Origin: the human T2T-CHM13v2.0 reference genome, Homo sapiens
Reading direction: 5' to 3' (one strand)
DNA length: 64,000 nucleotides
Assembly: GCF_009914755.1 (NCBI RefSeq)
Contig: NC_060927.1
Shown: in pieces, positions 27,483-47,450 of the stretch
Position numbering within the stretch: position 1 is the stretch's first letter
Layout: each line of letters begins with the position of its first letter
Position numbers and translations under genes: made by a program
Notes under the pieces: model-generated
What the model saw: the letters and a program-made list of their open reading frames with translations, nothing else
The model's database searches: none
What the model was told of the DNA's origin: nothing

Positions 27483-29049
27483 GTATATATCCTTGAATTT
27501 CAGGAAATGGATATTAAGACGGCTTTTTATCTATCTGAGATGTTTGAGTAAAGACGTTTTCAAGATTCCCCTACCTCCCTCATTAACTCATCAAACAACC
27601 ATCACCATTAAAAGATTTATCATATTATAAAGTTCCTCACTCTGCACTGAAGTCCATGTTCCTTTGTTTTGCATGGGGAATAGTTTGTTACATACCAGAT
27701 AACTTGTGCATTATAAGTACTTTATAAAGCTAAGGTTATTTGAGGATTGTCCAGATTTGAGAAGAGAAAGAAAAATTTGTCATTTCCTCTGGGACACTGG
27801 AAAGTCACTGGCTTCCTCCTTTCACATTATAAGCTCCTGTGCAATCCTATTTTGCAGAGACAGCAGGAAAAATGAAAATATGGGAGTTGGGACATATTTT
27901 ACAGCCCCTGTTAAAGGAGTGGTCCCTTCATTTCTCCTGAAGAAACAGCTGCTGCCACTGAGAACCTTCCACAACCCTCTTTGCTGTTTTCAGAATTGTC
28001 TTTGAATTTTCATTCCCTGTCAGCCAGAGCAGTTGGCCGTGACAGCTGAGCTATTCTCCATTATGATCAGGTAGAAGCCTGGCTCAGCCAACACTCTTGG
28101 GAGACAAAGGTAGGGGGAAGTTCTCTTACTTCTATGCCCTGGGACATCAGTAGGCCTACGCTGAAGGTGAAAACAAAATGAAAAATAAGCTGGGGGAAAA
28201 TCAAGAATAGTCACACAACCCCATAATTTTTACCTGAGCTCTTCATTAGGCATTCTGAAAAATCTACTTTGGAAGCAAAAACAGCTATTGAAAAGACGAC
28301 AGAGGCTAGTGCAACTAATTTGTTTTACTAGAAGCCTAACATGTAGAACTTTCCATAGGAATCAGGCTGAGTCAGGATCCCTAAACAGACCTACTGTGAA
28401 ATATTTCACTGTCTTCGAATGGTCTTCTCCATCTGAAATGAAGGTTTCAATAAGTAAATAACCTGCAACTGCCTAGCAAGTCAATGCAGGTAATTAGGAC
28501 ATTTGGGGTTACAAAGCTCATATCTCCCCACTTGGTTCATAGTTTAGAATACAGGCAGAACCCTGTATTGATTTGGTGCCATCTCATCCACAGAGCTGGA
28601 AGGGCTCTCAGGGTACATTAAACTCAATGCAGACAACATGGGTACAACCTTTGCTGTAACTTGGAGCCTTTTAAGGCCTGAGCTCCATTTAAAGTTGGCA
28701 GATACCCAGTTTTAAGAGATTGCTCTGAGAAGCAACCCATTGTAGTGCAGACCAATTTCAAAGAGTTCATGTTCAAGGGGAAGAGTTTCTTTCCTTGTGC
28801 TCAGCTCTGAATGTAGATGTGCTCAGGAACTGCCTCCAAGAAAGCCGGAGCCCTGGGTGGAGCATTCACTTTGCCAGGATCCTACCACTGACAACACACG
28901 TCTCCCAGATGACTGAACCAGTCTGGCTAACTAATGTTGTGGCTTTGCAAGGTATCTCCTATCCATCCTTCTCTCCCTATCCATCCTTCTCTCTCTTCTC
29001 CTCCTATTCATGACTTTCTAAAGAATTGCTGCCTCCCTGCCACTACCTT

Positions 29050-29530
29050 CTCTCTTCCTACAAATTCACCTCACACACTGGGCCCTCCTTAATCTTCCTA
29101 TAGCTTGACTTTAGTTTTCAAAGTCCTATTTTTTACACTGATATCTTTTACTGACCCACGTGAACCCTATGTTCTAGCAAATGGGGTTACTCACTATTCC
29201 CCAAACTCATCTCACCCTTTCCTACCACCTTCTTTTAGTGCTGTTTTCTCAATCTGGAATGTCCTGCCCTATATCTACCCACTGAAGTATTTCAAAGCCT
29301 TATTTATACACTATTTATTCTAGAAAGGCAGTCAAAAATCGTACTCTGAAGTTCCTTAATCTCTGGACTCCAATTGTATTCCTTTCATGTTAATCATATT
29401 CTCCCTTGTATTTTAAAAAATTGTCTTTTCTGCCTTTATAGAATGGAAGCACCTTTATCTCTAACCTGTCTTCTTCCTCCCAAAATAGAATTCATAATAC
29501 ATGCTCAGTTAATATGTGTCACTGGATTCA
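29050..29530 (+). mobile_element. Degraded L2 3' region
   Basis: Pyrimidine-rich L2-like body ending 'catgctcagttaatatgtgt'. Confidence 0.45.
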
Positions 29531-30010
29531 CCGGTAAATGCAAGACTTGAGGCTTGCTTTCCTAAGGATCTCAAACATAAGCAGAAAATATTATGGGGAG
29601 TGGGGAGGAAATGTATACACATATATATTTCCTGTTTCTTATTAAAAACTAAGAGAGGCATTTTATAGTAGTTTCACTAGGTTGATTACCAGATTGTTGA
29701 CTGAATCAGATCCTGTAAGCCTAAGAGAAGTATGTTCAGTTTACTTTTCCCATAAAAGCAATCTTATAAAGTTGGTTTCTGTTCTTAACTGAGGTCTGGT
29801 ACCCAACTTCTTTGTATGAATGATCAGAAGCACACTATTTAATCATTTATAAATGGCACATCTGTACACTATATTGTATAAAGCTTTCTACAGTATATGT
29901 AAATCAATTGAACAAGGCAAAATGGCAGCCTATAAAATAAAATTTTATAAGTCCATCATAAAGTTCTACTGTATGAAGTTTTCATCTTCCTTAAAATTTC
30001 TGATAAAATA

Positions 30011-30363
<353 letters not shown>

Positions 30364-31194
30364 TCACAAAAATTTCTTTAAGGAAATTTTGTAAGACATC
30401 TTTGGAAAACTTTGTAGAGGATTAAAGACTACAGTGACCTTTAGACAAACTAATGCAGAAATGTAGGTTTTGTTGCACTGATTTGCCCCTGACAATTTCC
30501 CTACGGTGAGCATAGCCATTAGCCAGCAAGCTTGGATTTCCTTCAGCATGAAAGTGGAAAGTGTGCTGCCTTTTGAATAGTTGTCTCATCAGCACTAGTA
30601 ATTTTCCCCTGCTACCTGATAATAACATACTTGGCCAGGAACACTGCCCTGTCATTAAAATGAATCCATCCATTTATACCCTCATGACGGTGTCTTATTT
30701 TTCTCATTGGATAAAACATTTGGCCTAGGTTTCTTCCAGTTTGACAGCCTGAAAGTCTACGATGCTCACTCCATCTCCATGTAACCCCTCCACAATGCTA
30801 TGCCTCAAGGCTGCACTTCATAACTGAGGGTAGTGTGTCTCCATGTTATTGATCTACAACTGACTTATGTAGTACTCAGGTCTTTCTCCACAGTTATCAT
30901 GTCTGTGTCAGAGGTGATTAATATTGGTTACAGCTGAAAAAATCTCATTGCCTAGGTACTCGTCCCCACCCCAAAGCCAATTAAATTAGAAAACACAAAG
31001 CAGCCTGTGGATCACTCAAAACTCAAAACAATATTTAAAAAAGCACCTGAGGGGTATTCAGAAATTTTAGGTTTTATACTCTACCTTGACAATAACATCC
31101 AGATATACAGCTTTGGGCAGACCACTTTCTCTCCTAAAGTTTTAGTTTCCTCATATGTAATAGGAGAACAGTCTTTCCCATATCAAAAATGGTA

Positions 31195-31570
31195 TGATTC
31201 TTCAACAAAGTACTAGCAAACAGGTCTCAACAATACGCTAAAAGGATTATCTACCATGACAAATTGTGATTTATTCCTGCAATGCAAGGATGGTTCACAC
31301 ACAAATATTAATCAGTATAATATCCCACATAAACAGAATAAAGGAAAAAAACACATGAGCATCTCAATTGATGCAAAAAAAGGGTTTTTATAAAACGCAA
31401 CACCCCCTTTTATGGTAAAAACTGAAGAAAAACTATCTCATTATAATAAAGAGCATTTATGAAAAGTCCATGGCAAGTATCATGCTTAATGGTGAACAGA
31501 TGAAAGCTTTTCCTCTAAGAACTGGAACAAGACAAGGATTCCCACTTCCACCACTTCTATTCAACATTAG
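31195..31570 (+). mobile_element. Old L1 ORF2 (RT region) fragment
   Basis: 'gatttattcctgcaatgcaaggatggttca', 'aagcttttcctctaagaactggaacaagacaagga'. Confidence 0.85.
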
Positions 31571-32299
31571 ATTGTCACTAAATTCCTGGAAGAAAGCTTC
31601 ATGTCAGCAAGGCATTTAAGAAATCAAGGCCAAAACTCTAATTAAGAGAGAAAGGAAGAAGAGGCTCTATGGTAAAAGCAACTAACCAGAAATTTACTTT
31701 CCAAATTGGAGGCATATCATGAGGGTTAGATTAGCAAGGTGGTTAGTACCTCCTGTCAAGGCCTTACAAGGTGAATCTGGAGAGATTTTCATTTCTCCTT
31801 CACCTGGAACTAGGGATAAGTCTAAGATGCCTGATGTGTTTATGTAACCCTGGATATGAAAAATAAAGAAATGCAGAAGCTAGGGGGCCAGACCTGAAAT
31901 AACCTGCATCTTTGTCTTGGCCTTTGTTCTCCCTCAACATCACAGGTCATCTTTGTCCTTCCACCTCAGACTTCCTAGTGCAAATCTTCAGCTCAATCCC
32001 TGATTAAGGAAATGCAGTTGGGAGGAAAGGTAGAAATGAGCACCCACAGATGGAATGCACAACAGAAAAGTTTTCCACAACAAAGAATTACACTGAGAAG
32101 GCATTGGAAGACATGACCTGGACACACAGAAATATTTCTCTCATAAAAAGGATTTCACTGATTATCTCTCCTTGCTTATTGCAGTAATGTTACTTCTCTA
32201 GTCTGTGTTAAACAGCCTAATGGTCCACTCTTAGTTGGCAATTTACCTGACTCTGTCTAATTAATGTGTTCTAAGGATAGCCTTTTCAAGTGTAGCCAG

Positions 32300-32520
32300 T
32301 AAGGTAATAATAATAATATAGTAGTAATAATAATGGGTTTTTGAGCACTAATGATAAGCCTTTTGTCATGTGAGCTATTATTATGCATTATTAATAGCCT
32401 CATTTTAATGGTGACCAAACTGAGGCACAGAGGCAATAAATAATTTTCCCAAGGTTACACTTTTACTAATATGGGATTCAAATTCAGACTTTTTAGAGTT
32501 CTTGCTCTAAACAACTGGAT
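32300..32520 (-). mobile_element. MIR
   Basis: 'aaactgaggcacagagg...cccaaggttacac...gggattcaaattcag'. Confidence 0.75.
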
Positions 32521-33465
32521 AGTGGATAGAAAGTTATTCTCATTGACTTTCATCTACCTTTGATAAATTTGTAGTTTTTGAGGGTGATCTCTGATCTAGA
32601 ATGGCCTCTTTTTAAAGACGCACATCTTTTCAAAAGATATGTGAGTGGGAAGCATAAATGTTAATTTTTCAATACTGCTTTACAGTACATAGTACGGTTA
32701 TAAAGAAGAACAATGATTGAATCTTGTCTATAGGTCCACATAACCATAGCAGAAGACCATGATTTGCTTTCATTTCCTTCCAACTCCCTTTTCTGTGTGG
32801 AGAAAAGTACATTTCCACTGTTTCCAGAGAGAAAACCATGTGTGCTGAACAAATAACAGGCTAGTCAAGCTGTCTTCGGAGATTTTAAATACCAAGTTTT
32901 CTTGAATAACTGAAGCACACAGAATTGTGAAACCCATACCAATTCAGGGGAATTTCATTCCAATTACCATACCCTGAAAAAAACCTAGAATTAGATTATG
33001 CCATGATCCATCACATATAAAGTTTACTGAGAGGTACTTCATTATACCTGTATTAGATTTTCTTTAAATCTTACTCTCATTTATGTACTCTGATTAAAAT
33101 ATTATATCCTATTTGATAAATACAGCAGAGAAACACAATCTGTTGTTTTGGTTTTTGTTTTTTAGTTACCTACATCTATCAGGAGTGCGGCAGAGAAAAC
33201 CAGCAAAGGCATCATACTGTGTGGTTGTAACTAGCTCTAATTGCTGGCTAAGAACTGAGAAAGAAAAATATAGAAAAAATATAGAAAAGGTAGATTTTGT
33301 AATGATTCAAAGGCCAGAAATGAGAAGTAGGCTTTCCTATAAAGAAGTTGATCAAGCAGTAAGTGTTTATCAAGTGCAGTTGCATTCTCCATGGTACATT
33401 AGGAGCTGAGATTTACAGAGAAGACTACCTGCTCCCTACTCTTGAAAAATTTTATATCTCTTGAA

Positions 33466-33735
33466 CAGAATTGTCCAATAGAACTTTCTGCAATGATGAA
33501 AATATTCTACATCTGTTCTGGCCAATATGGGAGATAAGAGTCACATGTAGCAATTTAAATTTAAATTTAAACGAATTAAAATTAAATAAAATTAGAAACT
33601 CAGTTCCTTAGACATGCTAGCCACATTTTAAGCACTTAGTGGCCACATGTGGCTCATGGCTACCATGTTAGATGTTAGACAGCACAAATATAGAACATTT
33701 CTCTCACCACAGAAAGTACTAATGAATAGAACTGC
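33466..33735. mobile_element. MER33/MER3-type hAT-Charlie MITE
   Basis: Palindromic element 'gtccaatagaactttctgcaatgatgaaaat ... catttctctcaccacagaaagtacta'. Confidence 0.8.
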
Positions 33736-34845
33736 TCTAGATAATGTCAGAAAAGGAGGAAAGTGTAATGTCCTTATTTCTTTTAAATGTCAATTGTATG
33801 GGCTTCAGTAAATAAAACTTTAAGTTATTATGACAAGAAAAAATGATGGGCAGGACTCTATTTAAGGAGGAATCTTATCAACTTAAGGCAAACTATATAT
33901 ACTTAACAACATACCTATAAACAGATGGATACTTGATCTTAAATTGGCTTTGAATTCATATATGATTATAACACTGGTAGGCAATGTCTTTAGCAATTGA
34001 GAGTAAAATGTTAGGCACAAAAAAGTTTCCAGTTGAACAATTTTCTATGAGAAGAAGTTAAATCCATTAAATTCTTGACTTTCTAGTCAAAAACGATCAG
34101 TGTGGGTTGATGTAGCAGACTCTTAGGAAAAAAATGAAATGCAGGATAGCAGAGATACCATTGAGGTGAATTATATTGCTCCAGCAAATTTCATGCTGAG
34201 ATTTATTTCGTCTTCTTGGTAATGCATAAAAAAGAAAGTCGAGTGTGGGCTTGTATCAGTGGGACCATTTAAATTGATGCATTAGAAGACTAGCAGCAGC
34301 TTTCACCTCATTCTAGCTGTGGGCCTATTGATGTTCTCATTAAGAAGTAATATTCTCAGTGATTTGAAACTCATCATAAATATTTAAGTGGTATTACTTC
34401 TAAAATAAGAGTTTCTTCCTTGCCCTTCATTCATGAAAGAGCTTCAACCCATTTGTGACTATGTTTCTAAAGATGAATGTAACAGGTGTACCCACAATGA
34501 TATGCCCTCAATATTCAAGTAGATCTGATACATGCCCCATGAAAATGGAACATAGTAACTGTGCAGAGTGCATGTGCCTTCAATTATCTTGTCTACACAT
34601 CTAAATGAACGATTTACGTATTTAAAACTGCCTTTTTGGTACTACCTTCAGAACTTCGGTCTTCAATGACTTAGATCTGGAAAAAACACATGAGGCAATT
34701 TAGTTTCTGAAAATTGGCTTCTTCACACGTGATACAATTGATTTAATAACAATGATAATCATGTTACTTGAAGGAAAGAAAATAATTGAGCAAAACCACA
34801 CTAAGTCCTGGCATTATTTTAATCTGTTTGGAACTTTTGGATTTG

Positions 34846-35066
34846 ACACCCCCTTTTATGGTAAAAACTGAAGAAAAAACTACCTCAGCATAATAAAGAC
34901 TATGTATCAAAAGTCCCTGGCAAATATCATGCTCAATGGTGAACACATGAAAGCTTTTCCTCTAAGAACTGGAATAAGACAAAGATTCCCACTTCCACCA
35001 CTTCTATTCAACATTATACTGTCACTAAATTCCTGGAAGAAAGCTTCATGTCAGGAAGGCTTTAAG
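34846..35066 (+). repeat. Local duplicate of 31400-31620 (L1 ORF2 piece plus its flank)
   Basis: Colinear match including the non-L1 tail 'gtcactaaattcctggaagaaagcttcatgtcag'. Confidence 0.92.
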
Positions 35067-35915
35067 CTTCTGGAACATTCTATCCTAGTCCCAGTTGGAA
35101 TATCCTGGGTGAATACTACCCACTACAAGAAAGAAGATGTCTGTTGTGGTCATGGAGGTTAGCCAAACTGGCACAATGCCTAGCTCCAAATGACTGCCTT
35201 CCCTTTTCCATATCCTTCATTCAAACTCCTCCTTTCCGTGGTATTTTTGTGTTTTTTGTTTGTTTGTTTTGTTATCCTTTCTTTTTAAAAAAAAAAAAAG
35301 TTTGACATAGAAATAGTCCTTTTAATAACAGCCTTTCATGCTTTCTTCTGTTCACTGATCCATAGTAACCCTTAGAATAAACCCCTGAACCCCAGCTCTA
35401 GTAATAATCTAACCACAATTCATGCTGTTATTGCAGCCATGAGCCATTCATCCACTCCTGCTGCTATGCTTGTGGTTTCATTGTACTCAGTAAAGCTATC
35501 CTGTCAGTACCTCACCCCACTGAAGTACCTGTCACCTCCTTCTCTGCTCTCAGATTTGGGCTCCTCTCAGACACGGGTAATTGAATTTAAAAGGGACATC
35601 TGAAACAAAATAAGCCTGTCAAATTAATTCTTCTGAAAAATTTAGAATTAGGAGTTAGTCAGTCTGACCTGGTTTTTGAGTGAAAAAGTTGAAAACTTGA
35701 GAGGTGTGAGTTGGTGACCTTCTGCCAGCTATGTGATGGAGAATTAGGGAAAAAATGAAGTCAATTTGCAGGAGAAAAAAAATAAAGTTCTGGTAGTTTT
35801 TCAGTTCAAGTTACTATCTCCTCAGTCCCACCCATCACAAACCTCATGGACACATGCAAAGAAGCACATATCCTCCTTCAAAGATTGAGGTGTCTCTGAC
35901 ATAGTCATCTCCATC

Positions 35916-36357
35916 TGCTTTGGTTTGGATTTGGTTTCTTTGGCCCTACCAAGTCTCATGTTGAAATCTGATCCCTGATGTGGGAGGTGTTTGAGTCATA
36001 GGGAAAGATCTCTCATGAATAACTTGTTGTCTTCCTCCAGGTAATGAGCAAGTTCTTGCTCTATTAATTCCCATGAGAGATCACCCCCTCCCCAAAGCAA
36101 GAGCTGGTTGTTAAAAAGAGCCTAGCACCTTCCTCTGCTCTCTCTCACTTCTTCTCCCTTGCCATGTGTTCTCTGCATGCTGGTTCCCCTTCCCCCTCCA
36201 CCATGAGTGGAAGCAGCCTGAAGATCTCACCAGAAGCAAATGCTGGTGCCCATGCTCCTTGTACAGCCTACAGAACTGTGATCCAAATAAACCCCTTTCC
36301 TTTATAAATTATCAAGCCTCAGGTATTCTGTTTTAGCAACCTAGGTAGCCTAAGACA
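35916..36357 (+). mobile_element. MaLR LTR (MSTB-like)
   Basis: 'aagtctcatgttgaaatctgatccc' ... 'caggtattctgttttagcaac...ctaagaca'. Confidence 0.85.
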
Positions 36358-36690
36358 CCACTTCCTCTCCTTTTTACTTTTAAATGCTAGTTTTTGTATA
36401 TCCTCTTCTTCCTTCTTGCATTCAGTACAAAGATTTCTTCTCTTTTTTAAGATTAATCCTTCAACTTGACTTGGGCCCATGCATTTCTGCCTCCTAAATA
36501 ACCCCAATAGCTATTGTTCAATAGCCCCCTCCTCTACCCATGCTTTTATTTCTATTTCTCTAGGGATTTCCTTTAGTCTCTAAGTATGCACCTGTGTTCC
36601 TTCACTTTATCACCAAACTACTAGAGAGAGAGGTGTGCACTTGGTAAACAAGGACTGAGTTCTGGCTACCTGCAAGTCACTGTGCTGAGC

Positions 36691-36698
<8 letters not shown>

Positions 36699-36744
<46 letters not shown>
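36699..36744. repeat. Perfect (TA)n microsatellite within a degraded L2
   Basis: About 23 uninterrupted dinucleotide units. Confidence 0.95.
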
Positions 36745-36746
<2 letters not shown>

Positions 36747-37391
36747 CCTCACAACTACCCCACAGCTCTGCCTACTGCATTTCACCTCCTGTCTACCCTC
36801 ATGCTCCATTAAGCCCAGCAAGCTGTCCTCTTCTCTCATCAATTCATGGAAGTATTTATTCCAGAGAGCACCTATGGACTCCAAATCACCAAATCCTAAA
36901 TTATTTTATTTCTCAATCTATTTGGTCTTTGAATTGCATGACAGTTAAGGATTTATCTTCTGTGGTAGGAAGAATAACAACTCCCCAAATATGCCCAAGT
37001 CTTAATCCCTGGGTCCTGTGAATATGTTACATTACATGGAAAAAGAGACTTGGCAGATGTGATTGAGGTTGTAGCTCATGAGTTAGAGGGTTTCATGGAT
37101 AATCCAGGTGGGTACAATGTAATCACATGAGCCCTTTTAAGTCTAGCATCAGTAACAGAGATATGATTGAAGAAAAAAGAGAGATTTGAAATGTGATACA
37201 AACTAATCCCAGAGTTGCTGGCTTTGAAAATGGAGAAGAAACCACAACCAAAAAATGCAGTAAGCCTCTAGAATCTGGGAAGGATTCTCTGGCAACAGCC
37301 AGCAAGGAAATGGGACCTTGGCCCCACAACCACAAGAAAGTGAATTGTGCCAACTCTAAGGAGCAATGAAGAAGACTCTTCTCCAGAGCCT

Positions 37392-37438
<47 letters not shown>

Positions 37439-37535
37439 CAGCTTGGTGATATCTTGATTTTAGGCAGATGACACCCATGCCAGAATTATGACTTAACTGA
37501 AGATTAAATAAATGCCTGTTGTTTAAGCCCCAAGT

Positions 37536-42866
<5,331 letters not shown>

Positions 42867-43282
42867 AAGTTTGTGATAATTTGTTATGGCAGCCGCAGAA
42901 AACTAAAACACCTCCATCTTTCTCAAATTCTCTCATTGGCTTTGTAATGATACATTTTGTTATTCTACTTCTATCTCCCCAAACTCTTCTTCTTTGGCTC
43001 TTATTCACTCTCATCCTCCCTGTATATCAGTAATTCCTAAATTCTGTTTTTCCTACCTATTCTCCTGGCAATCTCATAAGCTTTCATAACCTCAACAACC
43101 ACTTCCATTCATATGGTACCAAAATCTAAACTCGTGCCCCTGACCTCTCTCCCAACTGCCTAGTGTTCATTATCATCTGAATAACCCACCATCCAAAACA
43201 TCTGATATGTCCAAAACTGAACTCATTGCTTTTTCCTCAAAGGTTGCTTCTCCTCCTCATTGTTCTATTTCTTTACTTATAC

Positions 43283-44088
43283 TGAAATGGGAAAAGTTCC
43301 CTTATTCCCCTCACAGGGTGTGTGATGGGGGTGTGGCTCACTTCTTCAGTGCCCCACTGCTCAAACCTCTAGGGGGAGCATATAGACAGGCAGGCTGTGG
43401 GGCTCCAATCCCATGGCAGTGTCTAGGGGCGAATGTTTACAGCTCTTGAAGCCCCAGTGGGTGGGTGTTACGGGTGCTCTTTTAGTTTTGCTGTCTGTAG
43501 GCCACATGTGTTAGTCAGCTCAATTAGACCCCCTGCCTTATCACAAGGACAGAGGGCTTTCTGTATCCCGAGGTTTCTTGCCTTGGTGTACCAGAAGAAT
43601 TGGATCACATGTGGGCTTGGAGAATGAGTGCAAGGTTTTATTGAGTGGAAGTAGCTCTCAGCAGAAGGGAGATGGAGCAGAAAGGTGGTTTTCCACTGGA
43701 GTCAGGCCACTCAGAGGCTGGGCTCTCCTCTGGCCACCCTGGTAAAACTCCGTGCTGTTCTACCAGTTGATGGTCTGACAGCTGGCTGGTGCCTGTCAGT
43801 GTGCTCTTACACCAGTGCGTTCCTCTTGACATCCAGCCCCTTGTGTCTTCTTCTGCTGGTGTGTTCCTCTCAACATCCAGCCACTTGTGTATGTGCCCCC
43901 TAGGGTCCCACGGTTTTTAAAGGCACAGGATGGGGCAAGCCAGGGTGGTCTTGGGAAATACAACATTTGGATGCAAAGGCAGTAGTGCCTGTCCTCACCT
44001 AGGTCTGTGGGCACAGGGCTGAGGGTGGAGCCATAGCCATGAACCCGCCTTTCTCTACCCAGCACTTCCCTGTCCCCCTCCTGTATCA
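43283..44088 (-). mobile_element. Solo ERV1 LTR, LTR1-family
   Basis: Minus strand begins TGATACAGGAGGGGGACAGGGAAGTGCTGGG and ends TTTCA; 4-bp TSD ATAC (43279-43282, 44089-44092). Confidence 0.8.
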
Positions 44089-44888
44089 ATACTACCATTC
44101 TTTCAGTTACCCAGATTTCAAAACTCCAACTTACGTTTAATATCTCCTATTAAAAAACACACAACCCTCCAATTATTTACCAAGTCCTGTGTGTTACTTT
44201 CTTGCTTCCTCTTTACTATTCCAGATTTCAGCCAGGAATTTTATCAGCCAGGTTTGAACAATAAAAACAGAAACTGATTACTTAAAATAGAGGAATTTAA
44301 ATATAGAATTTTACCTGCACAGATGGTAGAAGAACCAAGAAACCAAACAAGGGATAGAGAGGCAAACCAGAAATTAGTTTGACAGTAAATTCTACCTGCC
44401 CTACCCTGGAGAAAGAAAATGGAAGATAGGATTACCAAAGCTGGAGCCGAATTTATCACTGCTGCCAGAAGCATCACCTGAGGGACAGGGAGTGAAAGAG
44501 AATTACCCTGGCTTCTTTCTCCTCCCTCCATCCTTCCACCAGAGCCTCTCATTGGCCATACCAGCAGGAATCCAGCTGACACCCAATGTGGAGCCTGGGA
44601 AACACAGACTGCAATAATTAACTCCCTTTAATTAGGGGAAGAGAGAGGAATGGATCTGAAAGAATTTAAGCAGTTGACGGACATACCACATTCCCACCCC
44701 TCATTCCTTTCACCTTGACTATTTGTAATAATCTTTAATTGATCTCTTTGCCTCATGTGTTTCTTCACACCATCCTATAACAATATTAACAAATTAATCT
44801 TCCTAAAGACTAATACATCACTTTCCTCTACAAAAATTTTAATAGCTCTCTATTACTTTCTGAAAAATTTTCTAATCCCTTAGCATAG

Positions 44889-45378
44889 TGTAGTTAGATG
44901 ATTACTATTATGGCCCCCAGGGAACCACACCTCTCAGTATTCATGTCCTTGTGTGATCTTCTTCTACACTGACTCTAGGCCTGACCAATGAATGGGACAT
45001 AGCAAGCCTTGACGTGCATTTGAACATGAAGGCTTATTCTGTTGAAATGCTTGCTCTTGACATCCAGCCACTATGTAAAGCATCTAAACTAGACACATGA
45101 AAGACCAAAGTAGAGAGATAAAGGGGTTAGGGGGAAGGATGGAGTCACAGCCTCCCAGACATCCCTGTTAAACAAAAGATAAGTGAGTGAAACCATTTGG
45201 ACATTGCCATCTAGCCACAATCTGACTACAGCCATGTAAGAGATCCCAGTAAGACCCACAGAAGAACCACCCAGCTGAGCCCCAAACAACTCATGGAATC
45301 ATAAGCAGGTAAAATGGTTGTCTTTTTAAACAACTAACTTTTGAGATGGTTTGTTACACAACAATAGAAAGCCAAAAT
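44889..45378 (+). mobile_element. MaLR LTR (MLT1F/G-like)
   Basis: 'gtattcatgtccttgtgtga', 'gaagaaccacccagctgagccc', 'ggtttgttacacaacaataga'. Confidence 0.75.
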
Positions 45379-46759
45379 TTCCAGCTCCTCCCACAATTAT
45401 GTAAGGTCTATTTCCTGTAATACATCATTATTCTATAATATTTGTAATGGTTCTCCTTTTCTGATCAAACTCTGACTGCTATCCCTGGCATTAAAAACAC
45501 TCTGCAATCAGACCACAGCCAGCCTTTCCCTGTTTCTCTCGGACTACTGCCTTCAATCATCATTTCCTCCAGCCAAACAAATCTTGGGTTCTCACACATG
45601 CTCTTTACTTTCCAGATCTACATTATCTTTACCCAGAAAGTACCCCCCTGCTAGTGTTCCATAAATAATCATTTAATATCACCTCCTGCAGGAAGTTTCA
45701 CCAGATTCCACAAATAATAATCTCTCCTTTGAGACACCAATACATTTTATGACTGGTATGCACCTACCTTGTATAATTATTAGATCCTTTGTAAAACTAG
45801 TAACTCCATGAGGACCAGGATGAGATTCTTAATGCAGCTTTTTCTCTCCTCAGCACTCAAAACAGTGTTTTATATAGTGTGTGCTCCTTAAATGTTTGTG
45901 AATTCACTGGCTGGCTCAATTAAATATCAGTTAATTTTGAGCGATCACCAGGAAAAAGAAAATAAGTAATGTTTACCAGAATAAAAACATTACTGGACAC
46001 TGACAAGAGGCTCATAAAATACTTGTAAATTGAATGACATATTCATGTGATGTTATATCAACTTTATATTTCAGGAAACATATTTTTATTAAACATTCTG
46101 TAGCTCCCAAAATGTTTGATGATTTAAAGTTAGGATTACCAATTACCTTTCCTCCTTTTCCTAAAACTCATTTTTTTCTTCCTTCCTTTGTATTACTTTC
46201 TTTTCCCAGTTCCTAATTCTTTTTTCTTACTCAAAGGCAAGGAGCCTTTTTTAAGCAGGCTGCATGCTGCCCAAACCCCCAAGCCCAAGTCCATGGAGAG
46301 TAGGGGTCATGACAATTATATTAATTTGACCTCTTCTTTTCTATGTAGATTCATTTATGTGCCCCAAACCAACAAAATGGTATGTTTTGTTTTCAGAGTC
46401 CTAACCCTTTGGGGAGTAATTTTAATTTAATCATTTAAAATGATAAGAACAACCAAGTTCTTGGTTAGTGCAAAATATCTGGGGGATTGTTGCAAATATT
46501 TGGCAATATTCACTAAAGAGAGAGGAAAGTATATTAGGACAAATTGATTATAAATGAAAGCAATCTTCATGGAAAATTAAAAACTACAGTCTGACAATGA
46601 ACTAGTACTCCATAGCACAGTAATTTCTAAGAGTGTCATTTAACAGAATTCATCTCTCAGAATGCCTTCTCTTTTTTTTCTATTATTCTTCATTTTAAGG
46701 AAAAAAAATTGAGGCTTGTGCAAAATTCTAAATTATAAACCTGATTTATACTTCATATA

Positions 46760-47302
<543 letters not shown>

Positions 47303-47450
47303 TGGATTCTTAATGCATCTTTTTGTCCCACCAGCACTCAGGACAGGACCTTGCACACAGTGAATGTTCTATACTTTGCCTTTTCCAGAGGCCCTATGGA
47401 GGAGTTTCCACTTTTACTTCCTTTCACTAAACTAGTTTTGCAGTTTTCTT

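Larger units (their letters stand above)
42915..45910 (+). mobile_element. Fragmented L2 interrupted by several LTRs
   Basis: 'atgtccaaaactgaactc', 'ttaatcttcctaaa', tail 'gtgctccttaaatgtttgtgaat'. Confidence 0.6.

Noticed and set aside
28958-28993. 18-bp tandem duplication 'cctatccatccttctctc'
   Set aside because: Ordinary two-copy slippage
44240-44690. Possible ancient LTR (similar impressions at 52205-52800 and 63050-63470) and a hAT relic near 24140-24330
   Set aside because: Repeat-like but too diverged to name or bound without a profile search
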